Shown in pieces: positions 47,910-58,311 of a stretch of DNA of 64,000 nucleotides. The stretch's first letter is position 1, and each line of letters starts with the position of its first letter. Position numbers and translations under genes: made by a program. A model generated the notes under the pieces. It searched no databases, had not been told where the DNA came from, and worked only from the letters and a program-made list of their open reading frames with translations. The DNA is from Candidatus Heimdallarchaeota archaeon (lineage in GTDB: Archaea > Asgardarchaeota > Heimdallarchaeia > Hodarchaeales > Hodarchaeaceae), in assembly GCA_020353515.1 (NCBI GenBank), contig CP070695.1, positions 2,247,155 through 2,311,154 of the forward strand, read 5' to 3'.

Positions 47910-48172
47910 AAGTGGATGATGAGGATACCTTAGTAACAGTCAATGTCAAAACTCTTCGAAATGAAGATCAGTTCATTATCGATTCCGGAAAACTTATTGT
48001 AACGGTAAAGGAACCTCCTATAAAGGGAAAAGCAAATAAAAAGCTCCTTAAAATATTTCGGAAAAAATTCCGAACAGAAGTAACACTAGAATCTGGTCAA
48101 TTAAGCTCTACAAAAGTTTTTCGGCTCAGAAATACGTCATCAAAACAAATATTGGAGATTCTAGGAGAATAA
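47888..48172 (+). CDS. DUF167/YggU (UPF0235) family protein
   Basis: V.V.EPPIKGKANK.L...G..S..K. Confidence 0.85.
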   Translation: MQRFNWLKVDDEDTLVTVNVKTLRNEDQFIIDSGKLIVTVKEPPIKGKANKKLLKIFRKKFRTEVTLESGQLSSTKVFRLRNTSSKQILEILGE

Positions 48173-48202
48173 AAAGAATAAAGAGAGAGAGGGAGATACA
48201 TT

Positions 48203-50260
48203 CTAGAATTTGATTTCTCCCATCATTTTCCTGCGTGCAATGAGCTCTTCAACGACTTCTGGGTTTGCTAAAGTCATGACATTACCGATATCTTTCTTTT
48301 CTGCAACAGCTTTCAAGACTCGGCGCATAATTTTCCCTGAGCGTGTCTTAGGAACCGCTTCAGCAAACATGATGATCTCGGGATAGACAGCTGGCCCTGC
48401 CACTGATCGAACGTGCTTTTGAATATCCTTTTTCAAGTCATCAGATGGCTCCACATCACTCATCAAGGTGATATATGCGAAGATAGTCGACCCCTTGACT
48501 GGATGAGGATAGGGGATAACTGCGCTTTCAGCTACTTTGGGGTGGGAATTAACAGCGGCTTCAACCTCTGCAGAACCAAGACGGTGGCCTGAAACTTTAA
48601 TAACATCATCCGACCGACCGAGAATAAAGTAGTACCCCTCTTCGTCAATCAGTGCATAATCTCCAGTGAAGTAATGACCTTCAAATTGAGCGAGATAGGT
48701 ATTTACAAATCGTTCATGGTCACCCCAGACTGTTCTCATGAGGCCTGGCCAAGATTTATCATACGCGAAAAAGGCTTGGGTGTTTGGTTTTGTTATTTTT
48801 TGTCCATCATCATCGAATAGAACAGGATTGACCCCAAAGAATGGGTAAGTACAACTCCCAGGTTTCATGGGGGTAACAGCACCGAGATTTACCATCATAT
48901 ATGAACCAGTCTCAGTTTGCCAGTAACTATCAACGATTGGACGACCATTGGGTTTTTCTTCAGTTGTTCCATTCCCTACAACTTCCCAGTACCATCGCCA
49001 TTCTGGCCAATTGCATACTTCTCCAACTGTTCCCAGCATCTTTAATTTAGATAAATCCCATTTAGTTACGTGATCATCTCCAAACTTCATTAATGCTCGA
49101 ATTGCAGTTGGAGCAGTATAGAAATGTGTCACACCAAACTTTTCACAGATTTCCCAAAATCTACCTTGATGTGGGTATGTAGGAACACCTTCATACATGA
49201 TGGAGATAGCTCCTAACGCTAATGGTGAATAAATTATTTGTGTATGACCAGTTATCCAACCAATGTCAGCAGTGCAATACCAAACATCTCGTGTGGCTGG
49301 GGTTGCTCCTTTTAGATCAAGTAAGCATGAATAGTCCCAGACATAATAATTTGTTGATACTCCAAAAATTAAATAACCAGCTGTTGTGTGAACCACACCT
49401 TTTGGTTTTCCTGTTGTTCCACTTGTGTAAAGTATAAAAAGTGGGTCTTCTGCGTCCATTACTTCATAATCGCATTCTGAGGATTGCTCCTCCATTAGTG
49501 CTAAGAAATCTACATCCTTCTTGTATTCATAAACATCGCCCCCAGTAAGTTTGATTACTGCGACTTTTTCGATTGAATCACAGGTCTCAATAACACCCCG
49601 AAGGTTGTCTTTCATTGGTCGGTTTTTTCCTGCCCGACGAACTTCGTCCGCCACGACTAAAATCTTACATTCAGAATCGTCAATTCTATCTTTTACTGAT
49701 TCAGCAGAAAATCCACCAAATACAATGGAATGAATAGCACCAATACGGGCACATGCTAACATAACGATAGCGAGAGTATCAGTCATGGGTAGCCAAATAC
49801 AGACACGATCTCCTTTTTTGATCCCTAAAGATTTCAATGCATTCGCTGCTTTATTGACTTCTACTAGGAGTGATTTGTAAGTATATTTTTTTACTGTATC
49901 ATCTTCGCCCATCCAGATTAATGCTACCTCATCAGCATATCCCTTCTCAACCCATCGGTCAAGACAATTGTAAGTGGCATTAAGCTTTCCTCCAACAAAC
50001 CATTTGCCTACAAACTCATCCTGCTCTCCTGTAGGGGGAACCCAAACTTTTTCGTAAGGAGTTATCCAATCAATCTTCTTTGCTTCTTCAGCCCAGAACT
50101 CTTCCATATGGTTTACTGAATATTTCCATTTTTCAAAGTATGCATCCATATTAGCGATTCTGGCATCCTTCGCCAGCTCAGGAAGAGGATAATATTTTTT
50201 TGATTTTTCTTTCTCCGTTTCTGTCAGCTCAGACATATTATCGCCTAAAATTTCGTTCAT
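48203..50260 (-). CDS. acs: AMP-forming acetyl-CoA synthetase; start probably MSELTE
   Basis: LYTSGTTGKPKG, DIGWITGH, FYTAPTAIR, YWQTETG, GRSDDVIKVSGHRLG, PKTRSGKIMRR. Confidence 0.97.
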   Translation of the reverse strand: MNEILGDNMSELTETEKEKSKKYYPLPELAKDARIANMDAYFEKWKYSVNHMEEFWAEEAKKIDWITPYEKVWVPPTGEQDEFVGKWFVGGKLNATYNCLDRWVEKGYADEVALIWMGEDDTVKKYTYKSLLVEVNKAANALKSLGIKKGDRVCIWLPMTDTLAIVMLACARIGAIHSIVFGGFSAESVKDRIDDSECKILVVADEVRRAGKNRPMKDNLRGVIETCDSIEKVAVIKLTGGDVYEYKKDVDFLALMEEQSSECDYEVMDAEDPLFILYTSGTTGKPKGVVHTTAGYLIFGVSTNYYVWDYSCLLDLKGATPATRDVWYCTADIGWITGHTQIIYSPLALGAISIMYEGVPTYPHQGRFWEICEKFGVTHFYTAPTAIRALMKFGDDHVTKWDLSKLKMLGTVGEVCNWPEWRWYWEVVGNGTTEEKPNGRPIVDSYWQTETGSYMMVNLGAVTPMKPGSCTYPFFGVNPVLFDDDGQKITKPNTQAFFAYDKSWPGLMRTVWGDHERFVNTYLAQFEGHYFTGDYALIDEEGYYFILGRSDDVIKVSGHRLGSAEVEAAVNSHPKVAESAVIPYPHPVKGSTIFAYITLMSDVEPSDDLKKDIQKHVRSVAGPAVYPEIIMFAEAVPKTRSGKIMRRVLKAVAEKKDIGNVMTLANPEVVEELIARRKMMGEIKF

Positions 50261-50434
50261 TAAACATTATATAAAACTAGATTTGATTACAAAGTCAATA
50301 CTGACTTAATAATCTAATTCTAAGGCTTTTATTAAAAAAATAAGAAGTTTATTTCTCTTAATGTAATTGATTTTTAACTTATCCCTTGACTCTGGTTTTA
50401 ATTAACCAAGCTTTTGAGATGAAAGATCACTAAG

Positions 50435-50470
50435 AAAAAAAAAAGGAGAAAAATACGTCTTCAAAGACGC
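50435..50470 (-). terminator. Hairpin plus T-tract terminator after the OFA transporter gene
   Basis: Minus strand GCGTCT-TTGA-AGACGT followed by ATTTTTCTCCTTTTTTTTTT, directly after the stop at 50473. Confidence 0.6.
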
Positions 50471-50472
50471 AA

Positions 50473-51753
50473 TCATGTTACTCCTGCATTTCTTCGTGCT
50501 AGATATTCTGTGATCACTGCAAGACCCGCAGCCAGAAAAGCTAGAATTCCAAGAATGGGAAATGCAACCTCATATACAAGCACACCAGCGATGAAAGGAC
50601 CCAAAGCTCCTGCGACACCATAAGCAGTAAAGACTAGTCCGTAATTCCTTCCTAGATTCTTTGTACCAAAGTAGTCATCTGTTGCAGAGGGAAATAATGC
50701 AAAATTTCCGCCAAAACAGAAACCTATGATACAAGCACCAATAATCAATAAGAAAAATTCTGTCTGTATTCCAAAGAAGAACATAGCTACTCCTAGAGTA
50801 CCAAACATTACGATCATTGTAATGATTCTACCTAGTTTATCTGAAACAGCGCCCCATACAATCCTTCCTGCAGAGTTAAATATGGATAGAAACGATCCTG
50901 TTGTCACTGCTAGGATGCTAGCTTCTTCTGCTGAGATTCCTCCTGAAATTAATTGATCCTTTGTGAATGTTGTCACATTTCCAATAGTCATTAATCCTGC
51001 TGCTGCTGCCAAAATAAACATACCCCAAAGAAGCCAGAATTGGGGAGTTTGTACCATCTCTGTTGGTTCAAAATCTCTCTTCTCTCCTATAGCTGTAATT
51101 TGGCTAGGTTTAGGAGTGTATCCCGGTGGGATCCAGCCCTTAGGAGGATTTTGAAGTATTTGAGCAGAACCTACTACGAGAACAAGGAAAAGAATTCCAA
51201 GGATCCAAAAAGCTAAACCAATGTGGCCATTTCCAACATCTTCAATCAAGAATTCTTCAATAAAAAGAAGGAAAAAAGCCCCAAGACCAAACCCTGCGAC
51301 AGCAATGCCAGTAATCAGCCCTTTTAGGTCAGGGAACCATTTAACTAATGCAGCAATCGGACATACATAAGCAAAACCTATACCTGCACCACCTATTAAA
51401 CCATAAGTTAGTGCCACCCAAAGAAATCCGAGTAATTCATTTCCACCCCCAAAAAGATCGACAAAACCTGCAAGGAACCACCCAATCCCTAGAAGGATAC
51501 CACCAATTGTAGCTACTTTTTTTGGTCCGGCCCGATCTTGCCATCTTCCAGCAAAAATCATGAAACCTGCAAAAGAAGCCAAACCAACGGTAAAGGGAAG
51601 TTGAGTTAGAAGTTTATCCCATCCGTATACTCCAGTTTCACTGACAAGAGCAGTTTGGAATTTAGACCACGCATAAATCGAACCTAAACATAGTTGGATT
51701 ATTACAGCTGGTATGATTAAGATATTGCGGTTAATTACATTTTCTTCACTCAA
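50473..51753 (-). CDS. MFS transporter, oxalate/formate antiporter (OFA) family
   Basis: G.IYAWS, GR.QDR.GP, GIGFAYVCP...KWFPD.KG, FG.KN.G.NYG. Confidence 0.93.
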   Translation of the reverse strand: MSEENVINRNILIIPAVIIQLCLGSIYAWSKFQTALVSETGVYGWDKLLTQLPFTVGLASFAGFMIFAGRWQDRAGPKKVATIGGILLGIGWFLAGFVDLFGGGNELLGFLWVALTYGLIGGAGIGFAYVCPIAALVKWFPDLKGLITGIAVAGFGLGAFFLLFIEEFLIEDVGNGHIGLAFWILGILFLVLVVGSAQILQNPPKGWIPPGYTPKPSQITAIGEKRDFEPTEMVQTPQFWLLWGMFILAAAAGLMTIGNVTTFTKDQLISGGISAEEASILAVTTGSFLSIFNSAGRIVWGAVSDKLGRIITMIVMFGTLGVAMFFFGIQTEFFLLIIGACIIGFCFGGNFALFPSATDDYFGTKNLGRNYGLVFTAYGVAGALGPFIAGVLVYEVAFPILGILAFLAAGLAVITEYLARRNAGVT

Positions 51754-51933
51754 ACTAAAGTCACCTATATTTTCTGAGCCAAGTTTGGAAAAAAACCAAA
51801 GCTTATAATTTCTAAGATTTGATGGAAGAAAAAACCGAGAGCTATAAAAATTTAAAGGTTAGACTTCTTATAAAGTGGCTATAAGATGGTGTTTTAAGAC
51901 TCTAAGTTTGAAACAAAACTTGGGATAATCATG

Positions 51934-52467
51934 CTAGACTAATCCCAATTTCTGAAAGTCGGAGATTAACTTCCTCCGTTCTTCCCATGCATCCCTGATG
52001 GCAGATAAATCATCTAAGATCTCATTTGTTAATCGGCTGCTGTCCGAAAGCATGCCACTTTCGATAGCATCGTCAAAACGTGTGATTTTATCATCCAAAC
52101 GACTTATGATGTTGATAATAGTCTTCTCTAACGTATAGAGATAACTTAAATCAAATTCTTTGATCACATTGGAGTCAAAGAAGGTACTAATACCATATTC
52201 CGTAAGCCGAATCAGATGTCTGATATCAGAAAAGCTAGAAACTAAACGATCCAGGTCAGACCAAGTTGTAATCATTTGACTCATTAAAGCAGCTTCTTGA
52301 ATCTTTTTAATATCATCTGAACAACTTGAGAGGCGTGATTCTAGATAGTTCCGTATTGCAGTTTCAGTTGATTGCCTATCTGACTGTTTTTCATAACGGT
52401 TATAACCAGGTATCTTTTTAGATATCGTCTTTCTTGCTTCGCTGCTTTCAGGATCCAATTTTGACAT
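51934..52467 (-). CDS. Helical hypothetical protein, last gene of the MoxR cluster
   Basis: KIPGY..Y....R......R; 24 nt downstream of the preceding gene. Confidence 0.75.
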   Translation of the reverse strand: MSKLDPESSEARKTISKKIPGYNRYEKQSDRQSTETAIRNYLESRLSSCSDDIKKIQEAALMSQMITTWSDLDRLVSSFSDIRHLIRLTEYGISTFFDSNVIKEFDLSYLYTLEKTIINIISRLDDKITRFDDAIESGMLSDSSRLTNEILDDLSAIRDAWEERRKLISDFQKLGLV

Positions 52468-52491
52468 TAAAAAGTCCCTCGAATAATAGAA

Positions 52492-53874
52492 TCAGGAAAT
52501 CTCTTCTTCCTCATCTGCAGGGGGTTCTTCTTCTTCCTCTTCTTCAGGTGTTTCGCCTGCAGCTGCCGCAACAGGTGTTGAACTCCTATCAAAATCTACT
52601 AAAGTATCAATTTGTTGAACAACTCTTTCGAAGATTTTGCCAGTTCTTCCACCAGAGAAGAAGTGGAGAATTACACTGATAAGAATAAAAAGTAATACAA
52701 CATTTAGAATTGCAATTGTTTGAAATTCAGGCTGAGTTAATTCGAGACTTTGAAGAAGCGCTGGAAAAGAAGCTCCAACTAAAGGTGTAAGAAGAATTTC
52801 AGGCGATATGATAATATAAGCCAGAATCGTAACTGCAATAATTCGAAAAATCATTGCTGGGATGAAATGTCTAAGTAATGCAGAAACATCAGGTTGAGCA
52901 GTTTTTGCAGCTAGTTTCAGATCAGTTTCAGGATCACTTTGATTTAAACTTGCTAGATATGACTGTAATCTCATCGTCGATTTGGCGTCCCGCATCACTT
53001 CTCCTTTCTTAAAGACACGTCTTTCTACCATCTCCCGTAAGTAACTCGCAGCAAGCAAACCAAACTTTTTTGATTGAACACTCTGAATAGATTGTTCTTT
53101 TCCTTTTTCTTCTTCAGACAAAGGCACAAAAGATCGAATTCTTTTCAAATGTCCTTGAATTCGTTTTTCTCGTTCTGTCATTGGTTCAATAATGTTTAAG
53201 GTATACGAAGTTTGGAATGCAATCTCTAGGAGCAGATATAACAAAAATCCAAGAGCAAAAATAGGACTAAATAGCATAGTTATGATAGTTGACGAATCAA
53301 TTCTTGTATTAACAATGATTTTTTCAGTAAATATCGCGATAATTATGATAAGTTGAAACCCAAGGAATGAATATATGGCTAATTTTGTATCCCCCTCACG
53401 AAGAAACCCAACACCAGAGAGGAGAGCTACAGGGAGAAGAATTAAAATTGTTGTTGCTCCAAAGAAATTGCCAAAATCCTCTAGAAAAGTGGCGATATCT
53501 GTTACATTAGAATGAGGCAAAAAACCATTTTCAGGATTGACAATGGCAGCGAGTATTGATTGCATTTCCCCAATTGCGACTCCATCAAAATTAGTATCCC
53601 CGAGAAAAGGGATATCTTTCTTGCTTGAAGCGATTGTAGCCACTAAGGTTAAAGCAACGCCTGCAAAAGCTCTAACAAGTTCTTGTACAAGTAACATTAC
53701 ATACTCTACAATATTGAAGACTTGTGCGAAATCAAACATCGTAGGGTCAATACTTGTGGCTAAAATGGGGTTGTCAATGGGAATAGGAATACCAATTATT
53801 AAGAGACACGAGAAAACAAATACAATGATGTAAAGAATTCGAAAAAAATGAGCTGTTGCTTGTCCTGCGGGCAT
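52492..53874 (-). CDS. Polytopic membrane protein with acidic C-terminal tail (MoxR cluster)
   Basis: ~7 TM segments, large soluble loop; 3 nt from the DUF58 stop. Confidence 0.8.
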   Translation of the reverse strand: MPAGQATAHFFRILYIIVFVFSCLLIIGIPIPIDNPILATSIDPTMFDFAQVFNIVEYVMLLVQELVRAFAGVALTLVATIASSKKDIPFLGDTNFDGVAIGEMQSILAAIVNPENGFLPHSNVTDIATFLEDFGNFFGATTILILLPVALLSGVGFLREGDTKLAIYSFLGFQLIIIIAIFTEKIIVNTRIDSSTIITMLFSPIFALGFLLYLLLEIAFQTSYTLNIIEPMTEREKRIQGHLKRIRSFVPLSEEEKGKEQSIQSVQSKKFGLLAASYLREMVERRVFKKGEVMRDAKSTMRLQSYLASLNQSDPETDLKLAAKTAQPDVSALLRHFIPAMIFRIIAVTILAYIIISPEILLTPLVGASFPALLQSLELTQPEFQTIAILNVVLLFILISVILHFFSGGRTGKIFERVVQQIDTLVDFDRSSTPVAAAAGETPEEEEEEEPPADEEEEIS

Positions 53875-53877
53875 TTT

Positions 53878-55353
53878 TCACACAGATCCTTTTCCTGCCT
53901 GTTTTCCTTCCATATAGGTTTTAATTACATTGGGGAGCATATCATCAGGGCCAACATTAATAATTTCAACTCCTAATCCCCTTAATCTGTCCTCTACTTG
54001 TTTTCTATATCCAAGGTATTCCTCAAAAATAGCCTCTGCTATAGCTCGTTCTGTAGCTGTCAGATCACTGAGTTTTGTTTCAAAAAGTGGTCCAAAGGGT
54101 GAAATGACAGTGATGTTGTTCTTTGTGGATCGTGCTCGTTTTGCAGCTTCAGTGAAAATTTCCGAATCAGAAGATTCAAGATCTGTCAGGAAAACATAAA
54201 ATGAGGCTCTAGGTACCCTTTGCATCACAAAATCTACCGCAGCTAAAGGATCTGATCGTCCTTGAGGTTCTACAAGAGCTAAAATTTCTAATAATTGGAA
54301 AAACATTGCTTTTCCTCCTCCTGGTGGAAGAAATGAGGTTGGTCGGTCTGCAAATGTTACCAGTCCAAAGAGGTCTTGGCGTTCTTCAGCCATTTTCATG
54401 ACCAACATAACAGAGCGGATAGCAAAATCTAACTTTGTATTAAATGGAATTCCAGCTCCCATGCTACCACTGTGGTCTAGAAAGACGATCATACGAATAT
54501 TTTTCTCTGATTCAAACTCTCTAACCATGAGTTCTCCTGTACGACTGAATGCTTTCCAGTCCAGAGATTTGAAGGGAGCACCTGGATAATACCGTGCTAA
54601 AGCATGAAAATCATCTCCCATTCCTTTCTGCTTTGTTTTATGAGCCCCAAACATCTTTCCTTGTTGTCGACGTTTACTGAGCGCCTCCATTCGTCTGATA
54701 TCTTCATAAGAGGGATAACAAAGAATTTCTGTATAGAAGTGCCTAATATCCTCTTCAAAATAGAATCCCAGTCTATCATGAATGATAACCTTGACAGGAC
54801 CAATTCGATAGACCCCACGTGTACTCACTTGAACGATATATGAGAATTCCTTGGTCTCTCTCCCTCCAAGCTGAGTAATAATGAAGTTTTCACCTAAAGC
54901 AATTTCAAACATGTCAGGGATTGCGTCATATACCTCTAAAAAGTCCATCCTGCGTCGTCCTGTGTTTTCGACTTTAACAGTTACATGAACATATTCTCCA
55001 GCAAAAGCTTTCTCTCGATCCACAGTACGCGTGACTCGTATGAGAGAGGCGTTAGCTGATACACGGAAAAATGGGAGGCCAATAACGCTTGCCAATAGCA
55101 ATAATGTGCCTAGAAACATCCCGTAATCTACAATCGGAGAACTATTCAAAATCTCAAACGGTCTAAATATATCAGTAATTGATAGAGTTTGATTTCCATT
55201 AGACGGAGTTGATTCAGAGTCAGCTTCCCATCCTTGTTCACCAGAGAGAATGGGGAGCATTGTAGCGATGGTACCGACTCCTTTTGCGCTTAATCCTATA
55301 GAAATTAACAATATGCCTCCAATTGCAATGAAGGCTCCTCTAGATGAAAGCAT
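53878..55353 (-). CDS. DUF58 / vWA-domain protein, membrane-anchored
   Basis: Two N-terminal TMs, Ig-like segment (RGVY.IGP), G.G.DF..L..Y.PG...LDWKA..R...LMVREFE.E, MIDAS DHSGS. Confidence 0.92.
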   Translation of the reverse strand: MLSSRGAFIAIGGILLISIGLSAKGVGTIATMLPILSGEQGWEADSESTPSNGNQTLSITDIFRPFEILNSSPIVDYGMFLGTLLLLASVIGLPFFRVSANASLIRVTRTVDREKAFAGEYVHVTVKVENTGRRRMDFLEVYDAIPDMFEIALGENFIITQLGGRETKEFSYIVQVSTRGVYRIGPVKVIIHDRLGFYFEEDIRHFYTEILCYPSYEDIRRMEALSKRRQQGKMFGAHKTKQKGMGDDFHALARYYPGAPFKSLDWKAFSRTGELMVREFESEKNIRMIVFLDHSGSMGAGIPFNTKLDFAIRSVMLVMKMAEERQDLFGLVTFADRPTSFLPPGGGKAMFFQLLEILALVEPQGRSDPLAAVDFVMQRVPRASFYVFLTDLESSDSEIFTEAAKRARSTKNNITVISPFGPLFETKLSDLTATERAIAEAIFEEYLGYRKQVEDRLRGLGVEIINVGPDDMLPNVIKTYMEGKQAGKGSV

Positions 55354-55381
55354 TCAAATTTACACCTAATAAATGCTCTTC

Positions 55382-56449
55382 CTACTCTTCGTATACTTCT
55401 TCTTCGTAATACTCTTCGTAGACAGCTTCTTCTTCTATCGGGTCTACTGGGAGGACTAAATTATCACGAACATCTTCTGCGATACGAATCTGTGTAATAC
55501 CTTCTAATTCAGCTTCAGGCTTTAGTATAAGACGATGGTGGACAATATGAGGTATCATTAGAAGAATGTCATCTGGAATAACGAAATCACGGGCATGTAT
55601 AGCAGCTCTGGCTTTTCCTGATAGTAGAAGACTTTCACTTCCACGAGGAGAACATCCCAAGACTAAGCGGGGATCAGTTCGAGTTGAAACAGTGATATCC
55701 CGAATCATTTCCAGGATTTCGGGACAAACATACACTCTTTTAACAACATCCATCATGGCTATAATGGTTTGAGGAGAAACAACCTGATTAAGTGTTGCTG
55801 GAATTGGTTCATTCTTAAATTTAATAATACGTAATTCATCCTCAGGAGAAGAGTGGTGAACAATAACTTTGATCATAAAACGATCCAATTGAGCTTCAGG
55901 TAGGGGATACGTTCCTTCTTGTTCAACAGGGTTTGCAGTTGCCATTACAACAAATGGTTGATCGAGTTTGTGAGTCTCACCTTCGATTGACACCTGTTGT
56001 TCAGCCATAGCCTCGAGCATTGCAGATTGGGTTTTTGGGGGAGCTCGATTAATTTCGTCTGCGAGAATAACATTGCCGAAAATTGGGCCTTTCTTGAGAC
56101 GAAAGGTTCCTGTTTTAGGATTGAAAATATTGGTCCCTACAATATCCGAGGGAAGCATGTCAGGAGTGAATTGAATGCGTCTATATTCAGTCCCAAGAAC
56201 TTTAGAAAAGGTTTCTGCCATATATGTTTTCCCTATACCTGGGACACCCTCGAGATAGACATGCTTACCAGTTAACATAGCAATCCAAAGCATTTCGAAA
56301 ATTTCCGTCCTTCCGATGTATACTTTTCTGATTTGTCCCATTATTTGCTGATATGCTCGGGCTACATCATTAACTTCCAGCATCTCATAAGTTAATTCAT
56401 CACTAGTGAAATCTTTCCCTTTCAAGTCGGTTTTACTCATTTCTTTCAC
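55382..56449 (-). CDS. moxR: MoxR-family AAA+ ATPase
   Basis: GVPGIGKT, RIQFTPDMLPSD, LADEINRAPPKTQSAMLEAM, NPVEQEGTYPLPEAQLDRF, SPRG. Confidence 0.97.
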   Translation of the reverse strand: MKEMSKTDLKGKDFTSDELTYEMLEVNDVARAYQQIMGQIRKVYIGRTEIFEMLWIAMLTGKHVYLEGVPGIGKTYMAETFSKVLGTEYRRIQFTPDMLPSDIVGTNIFNPKTGTFRLKKGPIFGNVILADEINRAPPKTQSAMLEAMAEQQVSIEGETHKLDQPFVVMATANPVEQEGTYPLPEAQLDRFMIKVIVHHSSPEDELRIIKFKNEPIPATLNQVVSPQTIIAMMDVVKRVYVCPEILEMIRDITVSTRTDPRLVLGCSPRGSESLLLSGKARAAIHARDFVIPDDILLMIPHIVHHRLILKPEAELEGITQIRIAEDVRDNLVLPVDPIEEEAVYEEYYEEEVYEE

Positions 56450-56490
56450 TTCTAATTTAATTTATCAGACCAGTTAAGGTTTTAATAGAA

Positions 56491-58263
56491 TTAAGTTATC
56501 TCCACCCCAATGTTTTTCAAGAATAGATATTGATCTAAGAATTCTTGTTCAGAAATTGCAGCGCGACTATCAATAATCCGTTCAATTGCAGTTAACCCTT
56601 CAGTAATACCTTTATGGGTGAATCGTTCCGGAAATTCATTTGCTAAATAGGTAGCAGCGACTTCAGGAGTAAGTTCAACTTCTGGATTGTATCGCTTAAT
56701 CAAATTGCGTCTCAATCGTCGATAAATAAGTTCTAAACCACGTGAATACTGTTGATATTCAAGGAACCAGCGCATTTTAACTGCAAAGAAGCTCCGGCCA
56801 TAATACCGTTCAACACGAGTTAATAAGAGGGGTTTAGCTTGCGTTCTTTTGGGCATAAAACGTCTTGATAATAAAATTGCTCCAATTGGTAAGGCCCACG
56901 CAAAAAGGGGAAACATTGTGATCATATCTAGGAATTTTAGATACAAACTTAATGGAAGGGTTGGTGATAAAGGATGATTTGCGAGGTGGCCTTCATCAAA
57001 TATGATTAGTTGACTTCGTCGGTCTCTCATCATTTTTTCGACTACATTCAGAGCAAATTGACGATTATCATAGGTAGGATCATAATCATTTCTATCTGTA
57101 TCAATATACTTATTAATAAAAATAGATGGATCAGAACAAATAATAATATCTCCTCCCAGAGGAAATGGGAAATAGACGAATACTGGGAAACCAACATTTG
57201 GATTTGCCCATTCATAAGGATTAGTAGCATTCGGTCCTATTTTATTTACATCTCTCTTAGCAAGTTCAATATCTGATTCTAGCCATGCATGGGAACTACT
57301 GTATAAAACGGCTATTTGCAGACTAAAATCCATATCAGGCATATCAATACCCCATTCACTTTCAAACTCAGAGAAAGCATTCTTTGCTGAGGCGGGGAAC
57401 TCCCCCATTGGTACCCATTTTGTAACATATTCGGGATTATACTTATCATATTCATTAGATCTATTCTCGGCAATAAATTCACTTTTGGGTTTAGGATATC
57501 GTACTTTCATTGAGATGATTGAAGCAAAATTACCAATGACACCATTACCTGACAAACCAGTTGTGAAATCGGTAACCCAAGGAGCTGGCATACGATAACT
57601 GGTTCCATTTTGAGTACCTGATATAGGAGAGCTGAATATGGGGGTGAGAGGAGTATCATTATAGCTACCTTGGTCTGCAAGGAGACTCCCATTAATTGCA
57701 ATTCCCGCAATTGGAAAATTAGCAGCAGCGGTTTCATTAGCCTGAGAACTAGTATTATTAGTAGTTGTATTCATCCCAAAGGGATTATAGTCCTCTGTAT
57801 CACTACCAAACCCTAAGCCCGCCATATTTAGATCCAATTGGGACATAAATCCTAAAAAGATAGAGAAAACACTCAGTATGTCATTAGCTGTTCCAAAATC
57901 GTCGGCTATAAGAACTCGGCCGCCGTTGATAGCATAGAAGAAAATAGCTAGGGCTTCAGAAAAATCATAATGGACAGCAGGGCCAAGAATGACAAGAGAT
58001 CCGTTCTCAGTAGTAGTATTCAGACGATTGAGAATATTACTACTACCAACTATTGTTGAGACACTACCTCCATTCTCGTGTTCTTCAAACATTTGTTTGA
58101 ACTCACTTGCCCCATTCCACCCCTCATTATAGATTGAAAAGTTAGTAGTGCTTTGAGTAAGAGAGCGTGGTAATAGTCCTAACACAAAAGCAGAAACGAG
58201 GGGATAACTAATGAAGATTGCTAGGAGGATCAATGCAGATGTCGTTCGGTTTATCTCTACCAT
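56491..58263 (-). CDS. DUF4350-like membrane-anchored extracellular protein
   Basis: FSIYNEGWNGAS.F, GG.VLIADDFG..N, G.II..SDPSIFIN, IIFDEGH; N- and C-terminal TMs. Confidence 0.82.
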   Translation of the reverse strand: MVEINRTTSALILLAIFISYPLVSAFVLGLLPRSLTQSTTNFSIYNEGWNGASEFKQMFEEHENGGSVSTIVGSSNILNRLNTTTENGSLVILGPAVHYDFSEALAIFFYAINGGRVLIADDFGTANDILSVFSIFLGFMSQLDLNMAGLGFGSDTEDYNPFGMNTTTNNTSSQANETAAANFPIAGIAINGSLLADQGSYNDTPLTPIFSSPISGTQNGTSYRMPAPWVTDFTTGLSGNGVIGNFASIISMKVRYPKPKSEFIAENRSNEYDKYNPEYVTKWVPMGEFPASAKNAFSEFESEWGIDMPDMDFSLQIAVLYSSSHAWLESDIELAKRDVNKIGPNATNPYEWANPNVGFPVFVYFPFPLGGDIIICSDPSIFINKYIDTDRNDYDPTYDNRQFALNVVEKMMRDRRSQLIIFDEGHLANHPLSPTLPLSLYLKFLDMITMFPLFAWALPIGAILLSRRFMPKRTQAKPLLLTRVERYYGRSFFAVKMRWFLEYQQYSRGLELIYRRLRRNLIKRYNPEVELTPEVAATYLANEFPERFTHKGITEGLTAIERIIDSRAAISEQEFLDQYLFLKNIGVEIT

Positions 58264-58311
58264 GAGATCTCACTTAGGAATTAGTCTTTGATTGTATTTC
58301 TTTAATTTTGA

